Program-made: the position numbers and the translations under genes
Shown here: positions 40,854 to 54,048 of the stretch, piece after piece
Layout of the letters: every line of letters starts with the position of its first letter
How positions within the stretch are numbered: position 1 is the first letter of the stretch
Origin: Zootoca vivipara
Taxonomy: Eukaryota
Assembly (NCBI RefSeq): GCF_963506605.1
Contig: NC_083278.1
Coordinates: 56,420,001-56,484,000, forward strand
Direction of reading: 5' to 3'
Length of the DNA: 64,000 nt
The notes under the pieces: generated by a model
Told to the model about the DNA's origin: nothing
The model's input: the letters and a program-made list of their open reading frames with translations, nothing else
Database searches by the model: none

Positions 40854-41239
40854 TAATAAGTAATCATACAGAAATGGAACTCATACTGTATAAGGAGCCT
40901 AACTGCTGGGCCAAGGCCAGCTCTAACCCTAAACCAGCCACTCTACCACCAGCAGGTTTCAAGGCATTGAACCTGAGGCTAGCAGTCAGTTGATTCTTAA
41001 CTGAACTGAACCTTCTCACAAGGCTGATTTACCTGAGGAGTCAAGTACCTCTGATTCCAACAGCATAGGGGGCATCAGGTAGGAGACCAGAGAGAGGAGG
41101 AAAATCCAGTTTGCATAATTCGGCCTTAAAATGTAAAACAGATGTCCGTTGACATGTAATCTAGTTAATGTACAACTGTGTTTCATTTTCCTAGAGCTTT
41201 TCTTCTGCTCAGCTGTAGAGACAGGATGTTGGTGTAACT

Positions 41240-41374
41240 CAGGCATCCCCAAACTTTGGCCATCCAGATGTTTTGGACTACAATTCCCATCATTCCTGAC
41301 CACTGGTCCTCTTAGCTAGGGATCATGGGAGTTGTAGGCCAAACATCTGGAGGGCCGCAGTTGGGGGATGCCTG
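41240..41374. mobile_element. Palindromic hAT MITE
   Basis: Same family. TSD gtgtaact / gtgtagct. Confidence 0.9.
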
Positions 41375-42029
41375 GTGTAGCTGGTCAGATAGCTAAGTGC
41401 AATTTTCATGTATGCAACTCAAGTAAAGAATTAAAGAAGCTCGAACTTGAAATTACTTAACCAGATTTCAGGTCTCTTTTCTGGTTGCAATATAGGGGTG
41501 TGTGTGTGTGCAAGTAATAAAAGCAATTTGTTGTAAGAGAATATTCATTATTTATATTCATTGCTGTATATGAGGAACATACGTCATTATTAGGGCAGGG
41601 GTGGGCAACTTGTGGCCCTCCAAAAGTAGCTGAACTACATTTATAATCATCCCTTATCACTGGGCTTATCAGCTGGGCCTGATGGGAATTGTAGTCCAAG
41701 GTATGGAGTGTCTTCTAGTGGTGGCAACTCCTTTCCTTTCTTTGTATTTTCTCTGGACTGGACCAGACTTAGTTGAACTTGCGTCCTGTTGAAGCCAGTA
41801 GGGCCAATTAATTAGGCTGCCACACTGAAATCAATGGGACATAAATGTAGCTGATTAACTTACAACAAAATCCTATCAATGTATTCTCATAAACGGCTCA
41901 TTAAATTTAGCAGGGCTTACCGTACTCCCAATTAAGTGTGTATACGGTTGCAGCCTTATACACCCTCTATTTTACTTTATCTGGAGTTTGCGTGCAGCTG
42001 TCTTCATTTAGGTAGAACATTTAGCAAGT

Positions 42030-42174
42030 ATCATAGAATCATAGTATCATAGAATTGTAGAGTTGGAAGGGACCACAAGGATTATCTCGTCCAACCACCT
42101 GCAATGCAGGAATCTTTTGCCCAATGTGGACCTTGAACCCACAACCCTGAGATTAGGAGTCTCATGCTCTACCA
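42030..42174 (-). mobile_element. tRNA-Lys-derived SINE with CR1-type tail (other copies 10900-10995, 27413-27535; tail only 24402-24465)
   Basis: Reverse complement tggtagagcatgagactcctaatctcagggttgtgggttcaag... then ...cccttccaactctacaattctatgat. Confidence 0.8.
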
Positions 42175-42310
42175 CAGGCATCCCCAAACTTCGGCCCTCC
42201 AGATGTTTTGGACTACAATTCCCATCATCCCTGACCACTGGTCCTGTTAGCTAGGGATGCTGGTAGTTGTAGGCCAAAACATCTGGAGGGCCACAGTTTG
42301 GGGATGCCTG
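42175..42310. mobile_element. Palindromic hAT MITE inserted in the tRNA head of a SINE
   Basis: Same family. Perfect TSD ctctacca. Confidence 0.92.
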
Positions 42311-44384
42311 CTCTACCATTTTTCCTTTAAGCTTTTTTCCCTTGTCAAACATCTTGGACTTGCAGAGCTTTAAAAATCAATTCAGAAATGGGTGAAAAAA
42401 TATTTAAGAAAAACCAACACAATACAGGAAATGGAAAGGGGGGCATTGGAGAAGTGTGAGCACTGTAACTCTCTTCATTGTTCTATGCAGTGGAACTGTG
42501 GTGCATTATGCAGAAAAGAGCCATTTGCTTTTTCCAAACATATCTGCAAGGGAAATTATCCAAGATGTAACTAAGCTGCAACTTAAGGGGTTGTGTTTTT
42601 TTTAAAAAAATATATATATATTTGTTTGGTTTTTTTTAAAAAAAACCCCAAAAAAACCTTCCTGACATTTAAACTCTCTGCATTAAAATCCTGTTTTAAA
42701 AAAGAATGGATTAGAATGTGATTTCTCAAGACAGCATCTGTCATTCAACGAATCTTTTACAGAATGTTGTTTTCCCTAAAAATTTACCTGCTGATCTTAT
42801 AGCTCACAGATAATGCTCTCAGCATTTAAAAACACTTGAGGAATGCAATGCTATATCATAGGCAGGCAAGTTGAAAGAAGGTAGTAAGAGAGATTATTTG
42901 CTGTCTGTGAAAGACCCTTCTGGGCTTGAGGTTTTACCGTGTTGTAATTTGAGTGATATGATATATAGCAGAAACATCTGAGGCTCAACATAGAAGTGTG
43001 TTAGGGGTATATAATCAAAGGTTAGGGGGATTTTGCTTGATTCTTATTCTAATACTGTACAGTTTTCAATTTGGGGACCAAATCCTGGAATATTACTAAT
43101 GTTTGCCATTGGTTATATTTTTATCCCACCCTTCCTCCAAGGAAATCAGGGCAGTATATCATTGGACCCCTTCTCCATGCGCAGAATGTGCCTTCTTTTT
43201 GCACCATCAAATACTCAATAGCAAGCACCCACTTATTTTAAATTAAGAGGCAAGTTTCCAGAGCAGATGGCACAGCTTCCTACCAGAACTTCTTGCACTT
43301 CTCTCTTTAGAAATTAATCTCTGGGCACAGCAATTCTCTATGTGGACAAGTGCTGGGAGGATGGGGGAAATGTCAGATATCCTGGACACCGTCTTGGAAA
43401 GGGATGACACATTTCTTCAAAAGCTATTGGAATGTGTAACCCTTCTTGGGAAGTGTGGTCTCAGGCACAGGTATATATCCTATCTATGGAATGCTTTCAG
43501 GTGACAATCAAGGAGAAAAAGAATTGGTAATAATGGCTTGTGTCAAGGACACTGAAAGAATCTTCTCTTTCATCTTTCCGTGTAAACTAATACATAGCTT
43601 TTCTGCCAGGGAAGTGTGAACTGACAGGTTTTTATGCAACTTGCTTACATGTCCAAAATGAAGGTTACCCTGGGCAACAGATAAGAGAAGACAATCTAAG
43701 TTAGGCAGATGCAGAAAGCTGCTGGAGGGAGTCCATTCTTCAGTTCTATTTCCCTTATCTTGGGCAGCAGGCTTCTGCAGGGAAATCTAGCTGTCAATTT
43801 GAATTTCAGTAGGTCCAGATGTGCATCAAGTCATCAAATGCTCTCAAATCCTCCCTTTGGGAAGCTGTGCATTTCATTTGTAGCCACAACACCACCTGCC
43901 AATTTCGAATTTTGAGGGTGTGCAAGAGGTCCCCTCACATATGTGGCATGCTGGTAACAACAAAAAATTGTGTGGCACTAAAAGGTGACATCATTGGGGC
44001 AATGAAGATCATTTGAGGAATAAAGTTTTAAAAAGCAACAAAACTGCAAGTTATTTTGGACATACATAATACCCTTTATGTAAGCATGACCATTAAATGA
44101 ATCTGTCAAAAGTACTACAGTATGGGTTTTTGGAAGGCCAACAATAATTTTCAGATCGGAATTTCAGGTTTCATTTTCAGAGTTGAATTGCAAAATAGTG
44201 CATAGCAATTTCTGCATAAGGTGCACTGATGTGTAGTTTTACTTTCTCTCAGTACTTGCAGTTGATTCCCTTGCTGTATCTTAAAGTCTGCTTATTCATA
44301 ATTGTATAATTGTATAAAGTGGTGATTGCTTTCTAGATTCATGACTACTTTGCCTTTGCAGTTCAGGTATGAGGAATACATGTG

Positions 44385-44695
44385 CCAGTCTGGTGTAGTG
44401 CTTAAGGTTTCCACCCTAAGCTCACTTATCTGTAAGTCACATTGCATTCAACAGGACTTATAGCTGAGTAAACATAGTTAGGATTGCATTGTAAGATCAT
44501 CAGTCTAGGACTGGGGAGGCCCCAATTCAAATCTTCACTCAGCTGTGAAACCCACTAGGTAACCTTGAGCCAATCACCATCTCTCAGTCTTTCCTATTTC
44601 ATCTTCGTCATGGTGAGGATGAAATTGGAGGTGAGGAACTATGTACGATGTATTGAGTTTATAGACAAGGTGGGATATAAATCCAATAGATAATG
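44385..44695 (+). mobile_element. Old tRNA/CORE-like SINE interrupted by an ancient ~85-bp hairpin element
   Basis: ggtgtagtg.ttaag head, ttcaaatc...ggtaaccttgagc.a.tcac core, ggatataaat tail. Confidence 0.45.
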
Positions 44696-45174
44696 CCAAC
44701 TCTGTTCTCTCTACCTTCTTGTTTCCCCTGTGTATTTGCATTTTGGTGTCCTTGCAAACCTGAATATCATGCAAAGAGCTAAGACTGGCTATGGCTCCCC
44801 CTGTCAGATGCAAACTCTGTGGCAATGTATTTCCTGTTGTATAATTAAGTGGTGGATGCATTTGCTACAACAGTGGTGCAAAAATCAAGTTAAGAGAAAG
44901 AGGTTCTGAAAATAAAAGAGGAATGAAGGAATGGTCAGTGAACATGACAATGTACAGCTTTTAAATCCAGATCTTTGATCCAGGTATACAAATTTTTATG
45001 AGGAAACCACCACCACAGTAATGAGTTAGTGAGCGGCAGATCATAGAATATGATGCAGGCTGCCACACCTTCTTGCACAACCCTCGGTAGCAGACCATGT
45101 GAAAGTACTCTACCAGATTATATACCCCTGGGGTTTTGCTCCACCCTTATCTTTGCTCCTCTTCCTCCTGTGGA

Positions 45175-45290
45175 AGGACTGCGATTCAGTGGCAGAGGAT
45201 CTGCTTTGCATGCAGAAGTTTCCTGGCTTAATCCCTGACATATCCAGGCAGGACAGGGAGAAACAACCCCTTCCTGAAACTCTGGAGGTC
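45175..45290 (+). mobile_element. Old tRNA-Ala-like SINE fragment (another degenerate copy at ~22320-22490, minus strand)
   Basis: tcagtggcagaggatctgctttgcatgcagaag head. Confidence 0.55.
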
Positions 45291-45316
45291 ATGTCCTAAC
45301 TGCAGCCATTAGTTAA

Positions 45317-45997
45317 AAAAGGTAAAGGGCCCCTGGATGGTTAAGTCCAGTCAAAGGTGACTATGGGGTGCAGCGCTCATCTTGCTTCAGGCCAAGGGAG
45401 CCGGCGTTTGTCCACAGACAGCTTTCCAGGTCATGTGGCCAGCATGACTAAACCACTTCTGGTGCAATGGAACACCGTGACAGAAGCCAGAGCGCATGGA
45501 AACCCCATTTACCTTCCCGCCACAGCGGTACCTATTTATCTACTTGCACTGGTGTGCTTTCAAACTGCTAGGCTGACAGGAGCTGGGACAAAGCAACGGG
45601 AGCTCACTCTATTGTGGGGATTTGAACTGCTAACTTTCCAATTGGCAAGCTCAAGTGGCTCAGTGGTTTAGACCACAGTGCTACCCATATCCCCCTAGCA
45701 CTGAGCCTTATTCAACCCCTAGCCACAAAGTCTCACCTTTATAACAACCAGCTATCTTAGCATCCCAGATCAGAAACAATCTCATCTTTCTAGCTTAATC
45801 CATCCCGTTGTCGTCATAACAGAACTACAGACAACACTGGTATTCAGTTGAATGTGACCAGCATGACTAATCAGCTTCTGGTGCAACGGGACACTGTGAC
45901 GGAAGCCAGAGCTCACAGAAACACCGTTTACCTTCCCGCCACAGCGGTACCTATTAATCCACTTGCACTGGTGTGCTTTCAAACTGCTAGGTTGGCA
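45317..45997 (-). mobile_element. Chimeric Sauria SINE locus: full SINE (45317-45695) + 156 bp copied from 57715-57870 + second SINE fragment (45852-45997)
   Basis: Direct alignment with the reverse complement of 57715-58477. Possible outer TSD gcagccatta (45302) / gcaaccatta (45995). Confidence 0.88.
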
Positions 45998-48035
45998 ACC
46001 ATTAAAACCTTCTTGTCTGGCCACCGAAACACTGCACCTGTCTCTTAGGCCTTGTTGAATGTGGATTAGAATTCAGGCAACCACATAAACATCTCCAACT
46101 GTTTGTGTATTTTTGTAACTCTGTAATTCCTGGTGGAATTGCTGCTTTCCTTACCTTTGCAAATGCGCTGTTGAAACGAAATGGCAAGAGGCAATTACAG
46201 GGGGTGGCATCAAATAGCAGACAAATGAAGAGGTGCTGGGTAGTTCCCAAAGAATGTTCTTGGTCGACCACCCAGTTCTGTTTTGTTCTGTCACTGTAAT
46301 ATTGCTATCTGCATTACTACTGTGTTAGTAAGAAAGATAATAACGCACAAAAAATTGACTTCTGGAACTGCCATTCCTGCTTAGAAAGAGCTATTATTAT
46401 TTCCCTTTATGTCATTGTATTGTGCTGTCATTTTCTTTGCCTCTCTGCTCCTCCTTTGCTCATTTGCCGTGAATATAGTTTTGAGATTTGAAGCGCATTC
46501 CCATTTTTAGAGTAAGATTAAAGGATTTTTCTAATACTAATTGCACTCTTGGCAAAAAAAAGAAGAAGAGGCAAATGCATCTTCAGTTAACAGTTTTTCC
46601 TAACCTTTCTTTTTCAAACACTCCTTACATAAGTAGGAGAAATGCCCCCCCCTTTAATCTAATTATCCTATAAATATATTGTGGATAAAAGAAGATTTTT
46701 CGATTAATTTCTAAACAATTTTTGTTGGGGGGCTTTGGAAGGCAAAAATATGCCCAAAGCAGATTGGGATGTGAAAATCATGGTTGAAAACCCAAAGATT
46801 ATTTCCCAAAATAGAAAGAAGTGCTGCAGTTTAAAGAGCTTAGGACAGTCCACAGCAGAGCTTGTGCCTCTTATGAAATGGATTTCCTATTTGTTTTTGT
46901 CTCTGTTCCATTTACAGATAACAGCTAGATAGTAAAAAGTGGCATTCTACAGACTACGAGACATAATTGCAGTTACAGATGGGGCTGAAGACAAATGTTA
47001 CTTGAAAGGACAGTCTTTTAATAGTTGCTGTGGGGGGGGGCAGGTGCATCGGTAGTGAGGGAAGAAAGTGTTACAAGGCAGAAGGGGAATGACTACATTT
47101 TTTAAAAGGCTTTTAAAGAGAGAACATGCTACATAACTTAATTTGCTCGAGTCCTAGGGGCCTGAAGAATTGTCCCTTGCATGCGAATCTTCCTGTGTTT
47201 TAACATACACATCAGAGACCCCTCTCTGTGTTGCCATCAAGTGGAAGATAATCACGGAAATTGTCTTTTCGGTGGTGGCACCCTGGTTATAGAATGCCCT
47301 CTTGATGATTACTCAGTTAGTTTGATTAGGTTTTATACAAGGCAAATATTTAATTGCTTGACTTTCAGTTGCAAAGAGACAAATACCGGTAATGATTCCC
47401 TCCCCAGCAAGTACTTGCAAAAGTCCTTCAGTTTTTGAAAGCACTCAGTGAGGGTGGGGGGATAGGAAGATGTCATTTCTGAGCTGGAGATGGGAATGTT
47501 CATGCATCACTATGTTCCCCGATCCTCTTGCAGAGATCATAGTCCCAAGAGTGCAGTCAGAATACTTACATCATATTACAAAAGCTTTGGCTATCTAGAC
47601 AACTTTCAAAAAGTTGTGGCATCTCCAAAACTGCTAGTTTTATATGCAACTCCAGATGCACTTAACAGGTGTCAGCTTCTCCAGATTTCTCTAAACTGTA
47701 ACTGTATCATAATGTACAACAGGAATGGAGAACTTCTTGCATTAAGGCAAAATTGGCCCAGCACGGGTACCCGTTTGGCTCAGGAGGCCATTCCCCATGA
47801 ACCACATCCTCAAAAGATGACACTTTGACATCAGGTGTGGGGCAGGTGGAGACATGGCTTCCAATGCACAGTCCAGGGTCTTAAAGTGCTATCCTGGTTG
47901 TGCACCTCCCACTCACAACCAAGGGGGGTTGGAGCAGGTAAAGGTGGTGAAGAGTAAGAGTAGGCCTGTCCACCTTGGGTAAAAAAATGTGTTGCACCAA
48001 TCCTGCTGGAAATTGTTTCCATGTATGCTTAAAAT

Positions 48036-48526
48036 CGACATGGGTGGCACTGTGGGTTAAACCACAGAGCCTAGGGCTTGCCGATCAGAAGGTCAGTGGT
48101 TTGAATCCCCGTGACGGGGTGAGCTCCCATTGCTTGGTCTCAGCACCTGTCAACCAACCCAGCAGTTCGAAAGCATGTCAAAGTGCAAGTAGATAAATAG
48201 GTACCACTACGGCGGGAAGGTAAATGGCGTTTCCGTGCGCTGCTCTGGTTCACCAGAAGCGGCTTAGTCATGCTGGCCACATGACCTGGAAGCTGTACGC
48301 CGGCTCCAGGGCCGGCTCTAGGTAGAGTCCCGGTGGCGCGGGGCGGCAGAGCGCCGGGCCGGTAGACAGGGCGCGGGTGCCAGGGCGATCTCCACCCCTC
48401 AGCGCCAGGGCGCGTGACCTGCTCAAGACTGCCCTGGCCGGCTCCCTCGGCCAATAGAGCGAGATGAGCGCCACAACCCCAGAGTCGTCCGTGACTGGAC
48501 CTAATGGTCAGGGGTCCCTTTGCCTT
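48036..48526 (+). mobile_element. Sauria SINE interrupted by a hAT MITE
   Basis: TSD tatgcttaaaat (48024-48035, 48527-48538). The SINE is continuous once 48307-48444 is removed. Confidence 0.92.
48307..48436 (-). mobile_element. Non-autonomous hAT (Tip100-like) nested in a Sauria SINE
   Basis: Ends cagggccggc / aagactgccctg. Perfect 8-bp TSD gccggctc (48299-48306, 48437-48444). Confidence 0.9.
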
Positions 48527-49320
48527 TATGCTTAAAATGACTTTCTCTCCCCATCCCACCAACTATCCCTTTCCCATCTCCTTTGCAGTTGGGAAGGTTG
48601 AAAAGATCAGGAAGGGAAAAGGAACAATAAAACAGTAAAAAACGAAGTTTAAAATATCAGTATTGATTTTTAAAGTGGTCATTCCTCCGCACCCACCATG
48701 AATGTTATGTTGCACAACACTTTGCAGTCCTCTGGTGGAAAAGCACCCTAAAAATATTAATACAAATAAATACAAAGACAGGGAGGAATACTTAATTTGT
48801 AAGTATATGAAGTCAGAAACATTAGACAGCCCAGCTTGTGATCCTAGAGGTTGCTTAGCATCCTATTCTCTTTGTGACAGAAGAAAGAAGTAAAGTAATA
48901 TTGAAAGGAAAATTGGTATTAAAGAAGCCTTTCCAGGGCATGATTCTTTTTACCCTACAAAATAAAAAAATACAGGTTTGGATCCTGAGCTCCATGAACA
49001 AACAGAAATGCTTACATAAGGAAGGATGAGACAGGAAAGTTCCTTTCTTTTTTAAAATATATATATAAATTTTTATTAAAGGTTTTCTCAGTTTACAAAG
49101 ACGTGTGCAATGTCTCTCATAGCATTTTTACAGATCAGTTTCAGTTGTTGAGACATTGTGGAGGAAAAGGGGGGAGAGCGGTAGATAAGGGAAGGGTGTG
49201 TGTGACAATGTTTCTATTTTACTTAATGCGGGGGGGGGGGTTGTCAGCGTCGGTTGTGCAAGTTCTTTGCTGTGCATTTGTTTTCCTTTGATGGTGAGAG
49301 TTGTTGGGGTTGGCCTAGGA

Positions 49321-49794
49321 CAGTGTTTCTCAACCTTTTTTGGGCCAAGGCACACTTGTTCCATGAAAAAAATCACGAGGCACACCACCATTAAAAAAGT
49401 TAAAAAATTTAACTCTGTGCCGCCCTATATTGACTATATAATTATGACTGTAAGAAACACTTGCCAATTGCTGTGTTGGTTGCAATCTCCTGTAATAAGG
49501 CTTCACAAGCCGCTGATTTCTCTGCCAGCACAATCCTTTGCTCAGCAAGTTTCAGGTTGAGCTCATCCAGCCAGCTTCTTTAAGTTTGTCTAAAACCACC
49601 CTCCCGTGGTGGTGGCTGTTGAGAGCTGCGCTCGCCCCACGTCGTGACCCGGCCGGCTTCCTTCCCGGTGGGTCAGTGCTGCCGCCAGGCACGTGTCAAT
49701 GCAAATCGCCCTTCTCGTCGCCGCATGTCGCGGCACACCAGCCAGCGTCTCGCGGCACACTAGTGTGCCGCGGAACAGCAGTTGAGAAATGCTG
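49321..49794. mobile_element. hAT-Charlie non-autonomous element (probably nested in a minus-strand LINE 3'UTR starting ~49050)
   Basis: TIR cagtgtttctcaac / gttgagaaatgctg. Perfect TSD gcctagga. Confidence 0.88.
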
Positions 49795-50843
49795 GCCTAG
49801 GATATAGTTTTATTTTGTGGCTGGTCCCTTTCTGTCACTTCCTTTCATTCTTAGAACTGCGGATCCAGGCCATTGTTTTCTTTCCACCTTCACTTGTCTG
49901 CTTTTCTCCTGGTTGATTGTGAAGAGCCACTTGAGGGAAAGTGGTGTATTAAGCACCTTTAAAGTGTTTACAATTGCTATCTAAAGGGCCTGATCCTGTT
50001 CCTTAGCATTTCTGTAATAAATTATCTAGCAATGTAGGCTGGTTCACTTCACAGAAGCACCTTGGGGTGGTGATGCCAGGCTTTGCTTAGGGTGGCTGAG
50101 TGCCCTACTTTACAAAGGACAGTCCTCCATTTGAAGGGCTGCCCAGTTCAAGACCAGTTTTAAGAACCATCAGAAAGAGGGAAAGTGGCTCAAAGTGGCC
50201 TGTCAGCAATACCTGAACAGCAATAGTGAGATAATTATGCTTTGTTTAAATTATAATAATTCTTTCTGAATGTTTACCTACACGTATGCAGATCTTATGC
50301 AAACCCCTTCCTGTCTCTCTCTATTTGGTGATACGTGTAAGTGGCCACTCCATCTCCACTCATTCTAGGACACTGTTTGTGAAAGCCAGCAACTCTGTGT
50401 GGGAACTTCACACTTAATGGGATTTTATACAATTGCAGTGGGCTGAAAAGAGGCTGATGGAATCTTGCAAATTGTTGGGGCTGCAAATACATCCTCCTCA
50501 TGGAGGCTACCCACTGGTGGTCCCAGTATGCTCCCCAAAGGCTTGCATGGCCATTGCTCTTTCCACAAGTGTCAGCAGGGCCTATGGCTTCATACCAGAG
50601 CTGGTGGCAATTCTTCTCCAGGGTCTTAAAAGTAGCATGGTCACTTTAGGAGCTGTAATTCTGGGAAAAACTTATTTCCATAGTTTTATGCTGTATATCA
50701 TAACGTAGGCCTTAGCAAAACCGAATATGCTATGTATAGTTTTCTCTGCTGCATCTAAAGCAGCTTGATCAAATAACATGGCAGATTGGACACATGATGT
50801 GTTTAATTTGCAGGATGCTTCAAGGACCAGTCTATGCATGAAG

Positions 50844-50933
50844 CATAGCTGCCAAGTTCTCCCTTTTTTTAAGGGGAATTCCCTTATGCTGAATAGGCTT
50901 CCTCGTGAGAAAAGGGAAAAATTGACAGCTATG
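50844..50933. mobile_element. 90-bp hAT MITE
   Basis: TIR catagctg.caa. Perfect TSD gcatgaag. Confidence 0.85.
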
Positions 50934-52718
50934 GCATGAAGATCCCCACAAACCAAGTAGACTAAGAACTGACTCACCATTTATGTGACCCTGAGTATTT
51001 GCCACAGTACATGCATAAACTACGAAGGGGATATTTCCAGACACACTGTGTGTTATTTGCACAGCATCAGCAGTACACATGACATTTTAGAGTAATAAAA
51101 ACAAAGGCTGGTTCCTACCTCAAGGGACTTACAAACAAATTTTAGCTGGGAAAGGGGTTGCCGAAGAAGACAACAGTGGGAGTGGAGGAGAGAATAAGGG
51201 ATGAATTCCAGCAAATGCAGTTGCATGTATTGGGGCTTTGTTTCAGATAGGCATGAGGATTAATGCTGGACTTAGACTGTACAAGAGATGGGGAGCTCCA
51301 GCAGAACAGCATCTACTTATCCTCTTCTCTTTGGTAGCATAGTTAAGTGTCACCCCCAGAAGTGTGGCATGACAACATTGTGTTCTTAGTGCTCTTGCCC
51401 CTGCTCTACTTCATTGGCGGCTGCTTGTGTGAGGCATGGATAACTCAGCTTGGTGATAGTTCATTATAAGCTTTGTGTTACTAGACCTTACTGTGGGAGA
51501 GAAGAGGCAACAGGCTTCTGTTTTCAGTGGGCAGCTGTATATCGCCTGCAGCATCTCATTCTGACCTAAGGATTTAAGACAAAGTACCAGGAAGTTGCAT
51601 CCCTGCTGTGGTTCATGTCCACTACATACCGTACTCCTGAATGTTGATAGACACTTGGCATTGTACTTTGTTATTATAGCCAACACTAGTTAAAGCACTG
51701 ATGTGCCATGTTGTCACAGTAAGTGTGAATGGGTCCTAACAGATTTGGTGCTAGGTGCATTTTTGCTCTATTTTAAGCGCCTCAGTAAATATGCAACAGA
51801 TATACCAAGTTTTAATTCTGTGCCCCTGCTGTGAGGCTGGCCAGCAGCAGTGCGCTTGTTCTTGTGCTACTGCTGTCATGGCAACATGCTCTACCACCAC
51901 TCCTACTGAGAGGTCTGTAGGCTCAGCATTGGTGCTTTCTTGTTGCTAAGCACCTGCAATGCTTGCTCCAGGCAGGATTCACTGTTCCTTAAGAGTAAGT
52001 GCAGAGCAGCAACGTGTTATTTACCTCACGGAAACCAGTCCATGTTACAAACACAAATACACTGCTGCTCTGTACATACATACATATGTGTGTGAAAGAG
52101 TTAGAGTACAATATGTTCTGTACTGTTGTTTGGCAGTAGATGCTTAAAAGTTATACAAAAGTTGTTTCACTTGAGAATCTGAAACAAGCAGAGTTGAGAT
52201 CCTCCCCCCCCCCACTTTTCTTCCCCTCTTCCTTCTTTACAAACTGGGTTGCTTCCATTTTAATTTTTCAGTGATTTCAGGATAAATAATGGGAGCATAA
52301 TTTCCTTGAATCTATTATGTCAACGCCACCCCATCTGTCATAAGGTTTTATATCTAAATCTCTGCTGTTCTGTGTGCTGAATTTGGTTATAGTGCAGGAC
52401 AAAAGGCTAGTTTCCATGCTAAACACGTTTTCCAACATAGAGATAGGAACCCCGAGTGACCAAGTTCCCAGCTCTGTGTTGGAGCACTTATGCATGAGTA
52501 AGGCAGCACTCTTCAGGCTAATATAAATTTTATTTATGAAGTTTATTTCACCCTTCCTAGAGACCAGTAGCAATTTCCTCACTATATGTGATCTACAAAA
52601 TTGAAACTGTGTGAATCAAGAAGTTGTGACTATTTTGATTACATGTCAGCAAACTAAATGTTTTTGTCAATGGGAATAGGTATCAGAAGCTCCAGTGATG
52701 CCTTCATGTAGGCATTTA

Positions 52719-52926
52719 CCATGTTTCTCCGAAAATAAGCCATACCCCGAAAATAAGCCATACCCCGAAAATAAGCCATAGTGATAGGCAATTTAACCTT
52801 GTAGGTTAAACTGTACCATACTTAATAATAAAAAATAAGACATCCCCTGAAAATAAGCCACCGTTTTGTTTTGTTTTTTGAGGAAAAATAAATATAAGGC
52901 AGTGTCTTATTTTTGGAGAAACACGG
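52719..52926. mobile_element. Tc2/pogo-like MITE related to 40481-40715 (opposite orientation)
   Basis: TA|ccatgtttctcc...ggagaaacacgg|TA. Three tandem ccgaaaataagccata units. Confidence 0.85.
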
Positions 52927-53085
52927 TAACTAGTTCCTTATGTTACTTGGAAGAGGCTTGCTTCTGCAAGTTAGGCATTTATACAGAATGAATAGATCAT
53001 TAACGTAATCCAATAGCCCATTGACTTCATTTGCTAATGTCAAATTGCTAATGTCAAATTGCTCCTTGGCATCATATTATATGTA

Positions 53086-53324
53086 CAGTGGTACCTCGGG
53101 TTACAAACGCTTCAGGTTACAAACACTTCAGGTTACAGACTCCACTAACCCGGAGGTAGTACCTTGGGTTAAGAACTTTACCTCAGGATGAGAACAGAAA
53201 TCGTGCGGTGGCAGCGGCAGTGGGAGGCCCCATTAGCTAAAGTGGTGCTTCAGAGGTTAAGAACAGTTTCAGGTTAAGGACGGACCTCCGGAACGAATTA
53301 AGTTCTTCACCAGAGGTACCACTG
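53086..53324. mobile_element. Tigger-like MITE
   Basis: TA|cagtggtacctc...gaggtaccactg|TA. Confidence 0.88.
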
Positions 53325-54048
53325 TATTTGTTTTTGTCTCTGTTCCATTTACAGAACAATATTACTGCAAGTTAAAATTCTGATACTGTTCTGCTACTTA
53401 AAATCTGTAACTTTTATTTATTTATTATTTTTCCTGGTGCATGTGCCAGGGCTTTTTGAAAGTGTGACAAACAAATTATGCTTTTAAGAAACGCAAAAAA
53501 GAGCATCATTACATGTGTTGTACTAGAGTCTGATTTTATTCCTACATGTTTGAAAGGACATGGGTTGTTATTTTTTGACAGTGCTATGCTGTGTATTTCT
53601 GGACCATGCCATTTCTGCATGTTTCTAGCCATAGTTTTAGTTCATTCCCTCTCCACATTAATGTGTGCCCTGTTTTAATTTTATCTCAAAACATGTATTC
53701 ATTTTTCAATACATTTATACTGCTGAGAACTGCACCACAACTTTCAGAGAAGTGTGAAATCTCTTCTATAGTCCAGTTTCAACCTGCACACTAATCTGAA
53801 AAGCACCATGAAGTCATTTTGTATAGAAACTCACAGAGAATGAGTATCTCAATCCTACCCAAAGAATACCTGTGTGCACTGCCCCCACCACAGTCAACAG
53901 ATTGTGGGAGAATCCTCCTCTGCATTTACTTGTATGAAGGAGATATAAATGCAGAAAGTGGCAGCAAGGCTGATCCTATCTCCAGTGTTGCATGACTTCC
54001 CCCAGCCTTGCCCACCATGTCTCCATGTTAGACATGGGGATATGAATT

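Noticed and set aside
52730-52780. CRISPR-like direct repeats (ccgaaaataagccata x3)
   Set aside because: Eukaryotic DNA, no spacers. They are subterminal repeats of a TA-flanked MITE.
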